A stretch of DNA of 64,000 nucleotides from Cenococcum geophilum (taxonomy: Eukaryota): NCBI GenBank assembly GCA_050273025.1, contig CP158635.1, positions 9,734,001 through 9,798,000 of the forward strand, in the 5' to 3' direction. Both the position numbers and the translations under genes were made by a program. Each line of letters starts with the position of its first letter. Within the stretch, counting starts at the first letter, position 1. Under the pieces are notes generated by a model. The model did not search any database and was not told the DNA's origin. It worked only from the letters and a program-made list of their open reading frames with translations. Shown in pieces: positions 12,370 through 25,148 of the stretch.

Positions 12370-15300
12370 TGTTACGGACGCTTTAAGTACGATGTTACGA
12401 CTACTTAGAGAAGAGACGGAAGAAGCTAGTTGGTTGATTTAGGCACGGTCTAGAATGGAGCCGATAGAACTATGTGACGAGGAATGGTAACTAAGGTTAT
12501 ATAATATGCTACGTATTAAATAAGAGGAACGAGAGGAACTTACGTACCTTATATATAAGACGTATATTACGTATAAGAAGGATTTTATAGGAGTATGGTC
12601 GTGTATTTAAGGACCCTTAGTCTCTACCTAGATAGTTCCTTCCTTATAGTAATTCTTAAAATACAATTAAAGTTAATCTATTGGGCAACCACTCTACCAG
12701 TTATTATTACGTTGTTGACTTTTATACTTGCATTTCCTATATACCTAGCCCATTAACGAACCTATCGTAGTTCTTACTATAAGGTTCCGTTATATAATTA
12801 CTACCCGGTTATAGTATTAATATAAGAAGTTAAATAATATGCCACTAAAAGCAGCCACTATAACGCTATTAATGGCAGCAACTACTTTAAGGACAGGAGG
12901 TGACACTAGTATGGCGGATACTAACTTATAGTAACCTGTGACGGTTAGATAGCTATAGAAAATAGTTAACTAGCTAATAGCTAATAATATAGTATTAGAA
13001 GAAAGACTTAACGGGATAGGAGTAATAAAGATTAAGCTACTATTAATTGAGAGATTTATAGGAGAGAGGTTAAAGCTTAAAGGATTCCTTATATAGATGC
13101 ACTTTAAGGTCTTATAGAAGGGAGTAAAGTTACCTATACCCGTGGATTGGATAGCCTATATAGGACTATTCTTATTAGGAAAAGCACTTAAGTAGTTTAA
13201 ACCTTATTTTATGGAGATATAGGCAAATGGAATAACGACTACTAACTAAGATGTGCGATTTATATTCTTAAGTTGGGAAGGATTTGCAGAATAACTAACG
13301 CAGATATTTGGAGACCCGGAAGAAATAACTATAGTGGAAAGAAAACTCTAGAACCTTATATAATGAACTTTAGTAATTAAGTATATAATATAGTTCTAGA
13401 CACTAGCAATATAAGTAGAGTGGAATAATAGGGCGCTTATAGCATAGTATAAATAGGGACTTAAGGCTAAAGTCTAGGACGCGATTATTCTAATAGAAGA
13501 TGCGGATACCCTAAGGGAACTAATAGATTAGGCGATTAAGATTAATAATTAGATCTACTAAAGGGAACAGGCTAAGAGAGGCTAGGATAGAGTTCTATAG
13601 TTATATAAGGCGCAGAGTACGCAATAATAAAAGCTAAGTTAGAAACTATGGTATGGCGCAGAGCTAATAAACCTAAGTGGTACTAAAGAAGCCTATAAAA
13701 AATGGAGTAAACTATAGAAACTTAGAGGATAAGGATTAAGTAATTAAAGGTCTAAGGAGTAAAGGCCGAATTAGGAATCTTAATAGTAGAAGACATTTAG
13801 GCGGACTCTATAATAAGAAAAATGGTTTAAAGAAGGAGCTTATATAAATTACGGAAAACAGGGTTATTACGTTAGAGACTATAGAAGTAGATAAAGTCAC
13901 TATATAGTAAAAGGCACGAGATTAGTAGACAATATATATATATAAAGGGACGATAATATACTGCAAGGAATAAAAGAGTGTTTAATTAGAAGTTTTGCGT
14001 TTTGTTATAATAACGTATACTAAATTTATAAGGACGCTAAGTACGGCGTAAGCTATTAGCTATAAGAGCTAGCACCTATAGAATGTAGAGGAACCAACGA
14101 ACTAGTTCGCAGATTGGATATTAAGGACGATAAATTTAACCTAGGTGAAATATTCCGTGATAATAAGGTAATAAGGGCCGCTTACTAGGAGCGAGTAGAC
14201 CTTAGAGATGTTATACTAGAGGTAGAGAATAATTCTATTATAGAATAAGGAACATTAGTAGGGATTAAAACCCTACTAGATATAATGTCTATCGCTTTAC
14301 GAGACGCAAGAGAAGTAGGATAGCGAACTACTTCGGTACTTAATAAAGGCAAAAGGCCAAACGCTTAAGATTCTTAAGATGAGATAAAAGATGACTAAGA
14401 TTTTTAAGACGAGATAAGGTAAGCTTAAGGACCTATAATGGACAGAAACCGATGGAGTAGAGTAGCAGCTTAGTTTAAAGATATACGAATGAGCTTAGGA
14501 TAAGAATTCCCAACGGTATAAGATTTTTAAGACGAGATAAGTGAGATCTAGGACTCTTAAGACGAGACGAGGACACTAGTTAAGCCTAGTTAGACTAAGG
14601 TAGGGGCTAAGCTTAAGTCAGAAGTAAGCTCGGGATTAAAGAATCTAAGGGGTTAAGAATTTGGGGTATAAATTAGGACACCTATAGATAAGAGGCCAAG
14701 AGCTTCTTTATAGATTAGAGAATCTGCGGCATAAATAGCAATTAAACTAGGAGACAGATATATGGACCTAGAAGACTTACTAGGGGAGTATAGCGTTTAG
14801 CCTAAAGATTAAAGAATTGATACCAAGATTAAGAAGTAAGATAACTTTGAGGATTAGAGCGCAAGGCGCAAACTAAAAGAAACTATAGAAGAATTCAGAT
14901 AAAGAATTATTGCGTGGTAAGAACAGAAACTAAATAAAAGATCTAGTATATTGGGACGTATAAAGGACAGAGCACTAGTATAAAGAATTACTAATAGGCC
15001 GAGAGAAGGCACACTAAGAGCTAAGTGGCTTACTAAACTGGAACAAGAAGAGGATCTAGGGATTCCTATTAGGTTTAAGGAACGACATACTAAAGGCTAT
15101 CACGACGCAGTAATAAAGAGATATTTCCTTACGGATAGACCGTATATACTCTAGCAGCTATACCAAAAGTAGTATAGGCAACGATGCAATAATAAGTAGG
15201 AAGATTTCTATATATAGTTAGATAAAAAGGTTATCTAGGACTACCTAATTATAGAGAAGGCTATAATACATATTAAAGGAGCCTTAATTATAATGTCAAA

Positions 15301-18300
15301 GGATTTAGAGGAATGTTTAGAGGACTAGAGAAGTGAGAGACGTATCTTAGTACCTGCGAATAAAGTCATAATGTTTAGATTAGCACGATAAAGGTTTAAA
15401 CTTAAGGGTGAAGACGAGCTAAGAGTTAACCTAAAGCACCTAGCATACTATATAATATCATGGATTGCATGCGTGGACGATATATACAAAATGCATAAGA
15501 ATCTAAAAGAAAAGAATCGGAAATACCTTATAAGGATATACTAGATAACGGACAAGTAATAGTATAGGAATACTAAATATATATATAGATAGCATCTAAT
15601 AGAAATCTAAGAGGAAGGAAGTTTAGTACTTTAACTAAGAAGATTCCTTATAGAAGAATGCTTAGACGGACAATAGTAGTAGAAATGCCTAGAAAATACG
15701 TGTCTATAGTATATTAAAGATAAAAAGCGAACTAGGTATTGGCTAAAAAATAAGCCAAGTATACTAGGATTAAGTAGCCAATAGTTAGGAAAAGTAGAGG
15801 CCTATAGGACCAAAGGGAGCTAGTAGTAGAGCCTTAGACCCTTAAAGGAATTCAAGGACGACACCTAAATTTACGGATTAATTAGTAAGATTAGTAGTTT
15901 AAAGCGCTAATAGATAGTAGAGTAACGCGAAACTATATCTTACTAGCAGCAGTTAAGAGAATAGGGCTACCTTATAGATAAAAGGAGTAACTTTACCTAT
16001 TAGTTATAATTTTAGGAGATCTAATAACCTATAGAGGAGGGATTATTAATCTTAAAATAGGACCTATTTAGATAACTATTAAAGGAAGATAAATTAAGAT
16101 GTCTTTTAATATCCTACTATTAGGACGGGACGAGGCAGTATTAGGTATGCCTTAGTTATAGGAATATAATCTAAGAATTAATTGGATTACAGGTTAGGTT
16201 AATATTAGAGATACTTAACGCCGCAAGATATAATAATAAGCCAAGTTAGTATAGTACTAAGTAGGAGCAACCTATAAAGAAATAGAAAAAGGACTAAGCT
16301 ATATACTAAAGAGATATTATAAGTACGGTAAGAAACTATAGTTACCAGAAAGTAAAAAGCTGTTAGAATATATAGTATAGGACTATAAAATAAAGTTAAA
16401 ACTAGGAATAAGTCTAAAGTTCTTTCTAATCTATAAGCTTACTGAAGAAAAGGGTAGAGCGTTAAAAGAGTTTATCTAGGAAAATCTATGGAAGGGATAT
16501 ATTAGACTATTGCAGTTATTAGCAGGTTATCTAGTACTATTTATACTAAAGAAGAATAGCAAGCTAAGGCTATGTATCGACTATAGATAGTTAAACAGCA
16601 TTACTAGAAAGGATAGGTATTCTTTACCCTTAATTAGCAAAATCTAAAATAGGATAGGTAATATACAAATCTTTATAAAGATAGATCTGAGATAGGCGTA
16701 CTATTAAATTAGGATTAAGGAAGGCGATAAATGGAAGGCAGCCTTTAGGTTAAGGAAAGGACTGTATAAACTATTAGTTATATAATTCGGGCTTATAAAC
16801 GCACTAGTAATGTTCTAAAAGCATATTAATAATATATTAGGAGAACACTTAGATAAATTTGTTATAGCATATCTTAATAATATTATTATTTACTTAGTAA
16901 CTAAGGAAGAACACAGGGAACACGTTAAATGGGTTCTAAAGAGACTATAAGAAGAATAAATGCTAGTAGTAATTAAGAAATACGAATTCTTCACCAAGAA
17001 AACCAATTTCGTTAGATTTATTATTAAACTAGGCTAACTTAGTATAGATCCAAAAAAGATTAAGGCTATAGTAAATTAGTAGGAACTAGAGAACGTTATA
17101 TAGTTAAGATTGTTTTTAGGGTTTTGTAATTACTACAGAAGGTTTATAGCATAATAGTTAAAGGATATTAAGCCATTTATACAGTTAATAAAGAAAGAAG
17201 AACTATAGGTATAGGGGGAAGAGTAAAGAGAACTCTTTAAAAAAGTTAAAGAGTTGTTTACCTAGGAGCCAGTTCTTAAGATCTATTAACTAGGACTAAA
17301 GACGGTTGTAGAAATAAATGTATTAGACTATATACTAGGGGCGTACTTTATATAAAGGTATTAGGATAGATGGCACCTAGTAGTATACTATAGTTAAAAG
17401 ATAACACTACTGGAGTTAAACTATAACATCTATAATAAAGAATTGTTAGGTATAGTTACAGTATTAAAGGAATAAAGAGTATTTTTATAAGGCATAGAGA
17501 AATTATTTGTGGTTAAAACGGATTATAAGAACCTAATAGGATTCCTAATAACAAAGGAACTTAACTAAAGACAGGTTAGATGGGCAGAAATGCTTATAAA
17601 ATACCATTTTAAGATTTAGCATACCAAAGGTACAGATAATACGCAGGTAGATGCTCTAAGCCGTAAAGCTAAACTATAAAATAAGGAAAAGCTATTAGGG
17701 GCTTTATTGCGAAAAGATACAGACGGATTAATTAGGTATAATTATCTAAAAATTATAGTAACTTAAGAAGACAACGAACTAGAGAAAGTCTACGAGATAC
17801 TAGAAAGCTTTTAGGCATAAAGAATTCTAAAAGTATAGCTAGAAGATTTATAAACGGATATATATGAAAATTAAGAAGCAAAGTACATCCTAAAAAGCAT
17901 AGCAGAGTAATTCGTAGAGGACTTCCATAAGGGACTAACCTAAGGACATAATAAAGCTATAGGCTTAGTATTAAGACTCTAGGAAGAGTATATTATTAAC
18001 GGAATCTAAAGAATAGCTAAAAAGGTTATAAAGGAATATCTAAATTGCTAAAGGAACAAACTAACGAGGTATAAGCTATATAGAGGGCTACAACCTATTA
18101 AAATACTAGAGAGACTATAGGAGGTTATATTATAGGACTTTATTATTAAGTTACTAAAATTAAAAGATCCTATTACTGGATAAGATTATAACGCGATCTT
18201 AGTGATAGTAGATAAGCTTACAAAGTAGGGATACTTTATAGTATGTATAGAAGAAATCTTAGTAGAAGATATTGCTAGAATCTACGTTAAAGAAGTATTT

Positions 18301-20320
18301 ATAAGATATAAAGCACTAAGTAAAATTATATTGGATAGAGATCTAAGATTTATAGCAGCATTTTGGGAAGTATTCTTAGCGGAGTAAGGAGTTTAAGCAG
18401 TAACTTCTACTGCATATTATCCGCAGATAGACAGTTAAACGGAAAGGTTAAATTAGACGCTAGAGCAGTACCTAAGGCATTATATTAATTATATATAGAA
18501 TAATTAGGTATCGCTATTACTAGTTATATAATTCGCATATAATATAACACCTTAAGAAGGAATAGGTATATTACCATTTAAGGCAAATTATAGATATAAG
18601 CTAAGAATATTATTGTTACTATAGTAAGTAAAGAAAACGAGTAGTACAGCTAAAGAGAGAATAAAAACATTAATAAATCTTTATATAGACCTTATGGAAT
18701 TAGTAAAGAAAGTATAAGAGAGAATAAAAAAGTACTATAATGCTAAGAGATCTAAGGGACCAGATCTTAAGGAGGGAGATAAAGTATGGCTACTATATAA
18801 AAATTTTAAGAGTTAACGACTAAGCAAGAAATTGGACTATGTTAGACTAGGACCTTTTAAAATTATATAGAGGATTTTACTGGTTATATTTAAGTTAAAC
18901 CTACCAGCCAAAATAAAGATCTACCCTATATAGCATATTGTAATGCTAAAGCCAGTATATAGGAATATTAAGCTACTGGTTTATAAAGCAGATATATATA
19001 GAGAATAAGAAGAAGATAAATGGTAAGTATTAAAGATCGTTAATTATAAGAATATTAACGACAAGATATAGTATAAGGTTAAGTAGATAGGCTACACTAA
19101 GACTACCTAGAAGCTACTAGAGAATTTAAAGAACGCTATAGGAAAGGTATAGGAGTATTAAAAGAGATTAGGTTAGGCAGTATTAATAAAAAAGGATTGC
19201 TAAAGAATAAGTTACCTAAGGGGGACCCAAGAAGAGCAGTTGCCAAACTACTTAGATCTATTTCCTTTTCTATTAGAAGAGAATCTATTCTTTTATTACC
19301 TAATTCCTATAGACCTTATTCTATAAGTTTCTATTCCTTAAAATAAACCTTCTTATAAACCTTCTTAAAACGAAGCAGATAAGTAGACGCCGTAATTTAA
19401 GTATTTAGAGCCTTCTGTTCCGCATTATGGGAACATTCTAACTTAGCAAGGGCTTACAATAGTTTACTATCCAGCCGCGTAGTAGTAGATTAAATATAAG
19501 ACCCTAAGACAAATTAATTAGGGAACTAGACGACTATTAAGAGTAATAGGTCGCGCATATTTAGTATTAGAGGTAGAGTGAATATTATAGGACGAACGAA
19601 TATTCGCTTTAGTATACTCTAAGCAAGAGAACGGTTATCGCGAAGATGGGTTTGCCAACGTAATATAAACCAACCCCTCTTTCGAATAACGAGAACATAG
19701 AGACGGCATAATCTTACTAAGAGACAATATTGCAGTAATAGTGCGAGCACGACGTTGGGCGTATAAAGAAGAAATTGCTTTAGGTATAATAAGCAATAAT
19801 ATTAACTAAATTAATTAAACGGATATTATACCTCTAGTAAACGACTTAGAGATATTTTAAATCTTTAAGGACAAAAATAAAGAGGAGGGAAATAGTGTTA
19901 CGGACGCTTTAAGTATAATATTATAACTACTTAGAGAAGAGACGGAAGAAGCTAGTTAGTTAATTTAGGCACGGTCTAAAATGGAGCCAATAGAACTATG
20001 TAACAAGGAATAGTAACTAAGGTTATATAATATACTACGTATTAAACAAGAGGAATAAGAGGAACTCATGTACCTTATATATAAGACGTATATTATATAT
20101 AAGAAGGATTTTATAGAAGTACGGTTATGTATTTAAGGACCCTTAGTCCCTACCTAGATAGTTCCTTCCTTATAGTAATTCTCAGAATATAATTGGAGTT
20201 AATCTGTTGGGCAACCACTCTACTAGTTGTTATTACGTTGTTGACTTTTGTACTTGCATTTCCTACACACCTAGCCTATTAACGAACCCATTGTAGTTCT
20301 TGCTATAAGGTTCCGTTATA
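12370..20320 (+). mobile_element. Full-length Ty3/gypsy (chromovirus-like) element B, RIP-mutated
   Basis: 425-bp LTRs at 12370-12794 and 19896-20320. TSD ATAGT on both sides (12365-12369, 20321-20325). Polypurine tract before the 3' LTR. Relics of gag with a CCHC knuckle (~13840), protease, RT, RNaseH, integrase and chromodomain. Confidence 0.95.
19200..19787 (-). pseudogene. Antisense accessory gene inside gypsy B: Cys6 zinc-cluster-like motif plus coiled coil, probable intron
   Basis: De-RIPed: MPKAISS...IMPSPCSRCSKEGLVCITLANPSSRQPFSCSECTKANIRSSCD. Putative intron 19504-19558. All in-frame stops are TAA/TAG, consistent with RIP of CAA/CAG. The end coordinate is approximate. Confidence 0.6.
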
Positions 20321-20526
20321 ATAGTTATTAATAAAGAACTAAAAAACCTAAAGGCCGAGCTATAAACTAAACTACTAAATAGCTGGCCCTTATAAGATCT
20401 TTAAGAAAGTAGGATACTCTTTTAAGGTTAAATTACTAGAGTTAATAAAGATCTACCCTATCTTCTCTTTGGATCGACTACAAAAGGCCGCAGATAACCT
20501 ATTACTAGGATAGTATAACAACCCCC

Positions 20527-22999
20527 TATAACAGGCTTGTATAAATACTTCTAAACTAAAGCTTATAGATTACTACTATATAAGATACTAAGCTAAAGAA
20601 AAGGAAAGGGGGTTATAAGGACTAGTATAAATAAATAGGTAGCGCAAGCCGCTAAGGCGCTAGTAGTGGATAAGCTAATAGTAGGCGAGCTAACAGTAAG
20701 AAATAGTACTAAATAGTATGCGATAATATAACAGGTAGCAGAATATGGCAGAATTTGGCAGGTAATGCGCTTTAGCATTATTATATTACCCCCCCTCCTA
20801 AAAAAGCCTGCCCTTAGGCTTTATCTAAGTTCTTTATTATTGTCTAAATTATTATAGTTATCTAACCCTTTTTCCTAGCATTTAATCCAGCTATTTAATT
20901 TGCGTGGTAGTCTAGGGAGGTCTAGGTGGGCTAGGTGGAAATCTTATAGCTTATAAAGAGAGTACTTAAAATTAAATACGGGGTACTATTTTAGGTCTTT
21001 ATTATAACCTACCTAGCTTATATAGTATTTTAAGGTACTATAGTCCTTCTTAACTGCTAAGATCTTTTTAACTTCCTATTCTTTATCCTCTATAATCTAA
21101 ATTGGCGGTGGGGGGTTGTTATACTATCTAGGCAATAGGTTGTCTATAACCTTTCACAGTTAATCTAGAGAGAGGATAGGGTGAATTTTTATTAACTCTA
21201 GTAGCTTAACCTTAAAAGAGTGCCCTACCTTCTTAGGGATTTTATAGGGGCTAGCTATTTAGTGGTCTAGCTTATAGCTTGGCCTCTAGGTCTTCTAGTT
21301 CCTTATTAACACCTATACCTTATCTCCTATATATAAGTCTACCTTATAATAATATTAATTTATATTAGACTCCTTTTTTTCTTATACTCTTTTTATAATT
21401 GCTTAGGCGGTCTCCTAGGCTCTATATCTTCTCTTAGTAAATACCTAGGCCTCTTTATAGCTAAGGCGTTTGTGGGCTATTATAGGTCCTATAGGTCCAT
21501 CCTAATTAAAGGACGTTTATAGTTTATATCTATAGAATAACTTAAATAGTAATATTCCTATACTATTATAAGGGAGTATAAGTTATACGTAGTCTATTAT
21601 AGGCAGCAGTTCTAACTAGTTATTTTAATAGTAGCTAATAAAGGGGCAGAGTTGCTAGTTAAGGTACTAGTTTATAATCTTAGTTTAGCTATTAGTTTAA
21701 GGGTAAAATATAGTAAAAAGCTTAATCTAAATTCTAAAAATGGGGTAGAATTTATCCTAGAAGTCCAATATAAATTAGGGTCTATAGTTAGAGATAATTA
21801 ACTTAGGAGCGCTATAAATCTAGTAGATGTTGTTAACGTATATACGGGCCATGTCCCTTATAGTTATAGTCTTAAAGCAAGAGAGGGAAATAGCTTACTT
21901 ACTTAGTTAACTACTATAAAGGCTATATTATAGCTATATTTATCCTTTAGGAATAATTTAAAGTCCATTATAATATATTGCTAAGGGCGTTTAGGGACTA
22001 GTAGTAGTTACAGCTATCCAGGAGTTTAGTCCCTAGGGGTATTTACGCGTTTATAAGTATAATAATTTCTAATAAATTGTTCTATATTGGATAGGAGTCC
22101 TCGCCAATAGTAATAAGGTAATAGTAGTTAGTAGGTCTTGTCTTAACCAGGGTGCGCTATAAAGACTTAATAGTAGGCTTTATAGATTAGCTCTGTTTAT
22201 AGGTTGTTAATATTTAGAACTATAAGCCGTTCTTAGTATAGGAGCAGTCCATCTTCTATTTCTAAATTAGAGTTACCTCCTATAGCTTAATCGCGGAGGG
22301 CTTCTAGAGATTTGGCTGTGCGGTTTATAGTTAGGATGCAATTAATTAGTCCTATTAGTTTATCTAGGGCCTCTCCTTCTATAGGTGCTACCTTATTCTA
22401 TTTAGAGCTCAGTTCCTTAAGGATATATAGGTTAAGCTATTTGGTATAGAGGAGGGCGTATGTTCAGTGCTGAGCCTTTAGCTTATCTTATAGCCCTACG
22501 TCCTGTTCTCTCTAGGTTAGAGTATTAGCTTTAGTATTTTGCTTACTAGGGCGGTATATAATTATAAAGAAGAATTAGGAGAGTATTTTAGCCTACTAGG
22601 CCTATTAACCAGTAAGTTATTTTGTTATTATAAAATACTTAAGGGCTTTATAATTAGTATAGACCTTAATCTAAGAGTCTATGCTTTTAAGCTCTACACG
22701 TTACTAGGATAATAATTATATAATAGCCAACATTTCCTTATTATACACTTTGTAGTTACACTTAGCTAGGGCTATTATTTTTAAGAAGAACGTAATAGGG
22801 TACTATTTACTATCTAGGTGTAGCTGTAAAAGGACCCCCACTACTACCCTACTAGAGGCATCCATTTTTAACATTAATTTAAGGTCTAGGTTATAGTAAT
22901 AAAGAATTAGGGAGGAGATAAGTTAGTCCTTTAACTCCTTAAAGGCTTTTATATAGTTATTATTAAAGATAAAAGATAAAAGATATATTGTTTTTAGTT
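20527..22999 (-). mobile_element. Ty3/gypsy element C, 3' part (RNaseH-integrase-chromodomain and 3' LTR); same family as A
   Basis: Reverse complement matches ~10975-12369 plus 20326-20526. LTR at ~20527-20785, followed by a C-run polypurine tract (TTACCCCCCCTCC). Confidence 0.85.
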
Positions 23000-25148
23000 C
23001 GGGGCAGACATTAGTAAAAATCTTAGGCTTTGGTTTAGGTTTAGAGCGGTAAGTTATAGAGCATTTCTGCTTGTAATAAGAGGCGGTAAATAGAAGCTTA
23101 AGGTTATCCCAATTAATAACTACCTTGTATAGCTTTATCTAGGGTTGTCTAAGAATTACTAGGTGACCTAAGGTAGTAACGAAAAGCTTAATCTGTTCTT
23201 TATAGTTTAGGTATTAGAGTCTTAGTGCTACCATATAGGTAATACGCCCTAAGATGGTGCGTTTGCCATTAAATCTAAATACATTAATATGCCGGTTAAG
23301 GGGGGTTAGGGTAAAACTATTATCTTATATAAAGATCTTGTTAATAAATCCTATGCTACTAGCTTCTGTATTAATTAGGGCTTAAGTATTAACCTATTAA
23401 TTGTTCTGCCAAAGACAATAGTTAATGGTTATACTTCGATCCTAAGAGTCAGAGTTTATAATATTTAAAGCATTTAACGAGATCCTAAGGCAGCGCCGTT
23501 CTAGAGAGCGACTTAGCTCTAAGACCTTCCTTTTAGAGGCAATTAGGACAGGGTTCCTAAGGGTAATTATATGCCAGAGCTTCGCCCTTATAAGTGTTTA
23601 CTAAATGCGGGGCTGGAACTAGATAAAGATTGGGAACGGTAACCGGAAGATTGGTATAGTAAACGGCTACTAGTATTGGCCGTTTATAAATTATTTTAGG
23701 GCGTAAGTATAGGGACGGAATAGTATTTTAAGATATAAGCCTTGCTTCCGCATTTAAAGTAGAGGCCTAGTTTAATGCGTTGTTCTTATTTAGAGGACCC
23801 TAGTAGGGCGTACTCTAGGGTCCTAGAGTCAATGTCTATAGCATTAGGGTGCTTATACTAAGAAGATGACTTAGCAGGGACTTATAGGGCTGTTGTATTA
23901 TATTAAGGAGCGGGCTTTGGTATTAGATGTAGTATATTATTATACCATTTGTTAATAACGTTTGCGCAGGCATTAAGGGCTCCTAGTAGGTCCATACCTA
24001 TTAAAGAGGTTTTTAGTTCGTGGCTTAGGGATTTAATAAGGCTATTAATTAGTGCGGAGTTATTCTAGCCTGTTTCCTTTGCGTAGCAGTTAAATTTAGA
24101 GAAGTATACTAGAAAGCTTTTCTTTTTTTAAGTAATATAGTTTATCTTCCTTTAAGCGGTAGCTTAATGGTTTAGGTTACTATACGTAGCTTTAAGAAGC
24201 ACGACTAAGCTTTATACTAAGTTTGGCTGGAGAGGTTTAATAAGGTTAGCTGCGTCTCCTCCTAGTTAACTTAAGGCGTAGTAGAGTTAGTTAGCCTTAG
24301 TTAGGTAACAGTTAATATTACCAGTTAGCTTATTCTTAAGCCGGCTTAAGAATAATTAAAGTTCTTATTGTTTACTGGTAAATACTAGAGGGTCTAGTAA
24401 TTTTTTAGATTGTTGTGGTATAGTAGACGGATTTACGGGATAAATATCTACAGCTGGCTTAAGGTTCGCACCCGATAAGCCAGGTCCAGATTTAGTTATT
24501 TTTGTCTTATCTATAGGTGGCGTGTTAGCAGCCTCTTAGGCTAGTGTTTGGTCTTAGGTCCCTAACGCGAGTGTCTTAAGGGTGCGGACTTCTTTTTAAA
24601 GTGCTTTAATTAATTCCTAGTGCCGTGCTTCTTATTTAGCTTGTTGTTTAGCTATAGTAGCCTAGTTCTATATAAGGGCGTCTATAAAAGACTTCTGTAT
24701 ATTTGCCAATTGTTCTTAAAGTGCGGATATAATGTTAGCGGCCGTTATAGGGGCTTTAAGGTTGTTTTGCATTTTAGACTGGGCGGGGTAGGGCAGAATA
24801 TAGGTTTTTAACGCAATGTAGTGTCACGGAGTGAGTATAAGTGACGATAATATATAGCAAAGTAGATATTATTAAGCTACGTACATAAACTGTATAATAA
24901 AGTCAAGACGTTGCGTAAGGAAAGAAGGTAAAAAGGTACAAGAAGGGGTATATACTGTTTACTTATTACTAGGTCAATAAGTGCATAGGGCAAAAGTTAC
25001 AGATATTTCGGATATTGCGGATATTGCGAGCGGATATTATAAATATTGCGAATATTGCGGATATTGCAGTATCGTAATCGGTCTTTAGTTGCTAGGTTGG
25101 TAGGAACGGGTAGTCGTATACAAGGTGTTAGGGGGTGGTCCCGTGACA
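23000..25148 (-). mobile_element. Ty3/gypsy element D, 5' part (LTR, gag, protease)
   Basis: LTR TGTCACGG...CCGTGACA at 24822-25148. Protease motif ALIDT.A...GFI at ~23345-23385. Gag-like relic at 23700-24650. Confidence 0.8.

Larger units (their letters stand above)
9723..20526 (+). mobile_element. Ty3/gypsy element A, pol region (RT-RNaseH-integrase); interrupted by gypsy B and cut off by gypsy C
   Basis: De-RIPed motifs LPP..[31 protein letters not shown] and LETDAS. The frame VGDKVW|LSTKN resumes exactly across the 12370-20320 insertion. About 295 bp are deleted at ~11410 relative to the related copy C. Confidence 0.85.
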
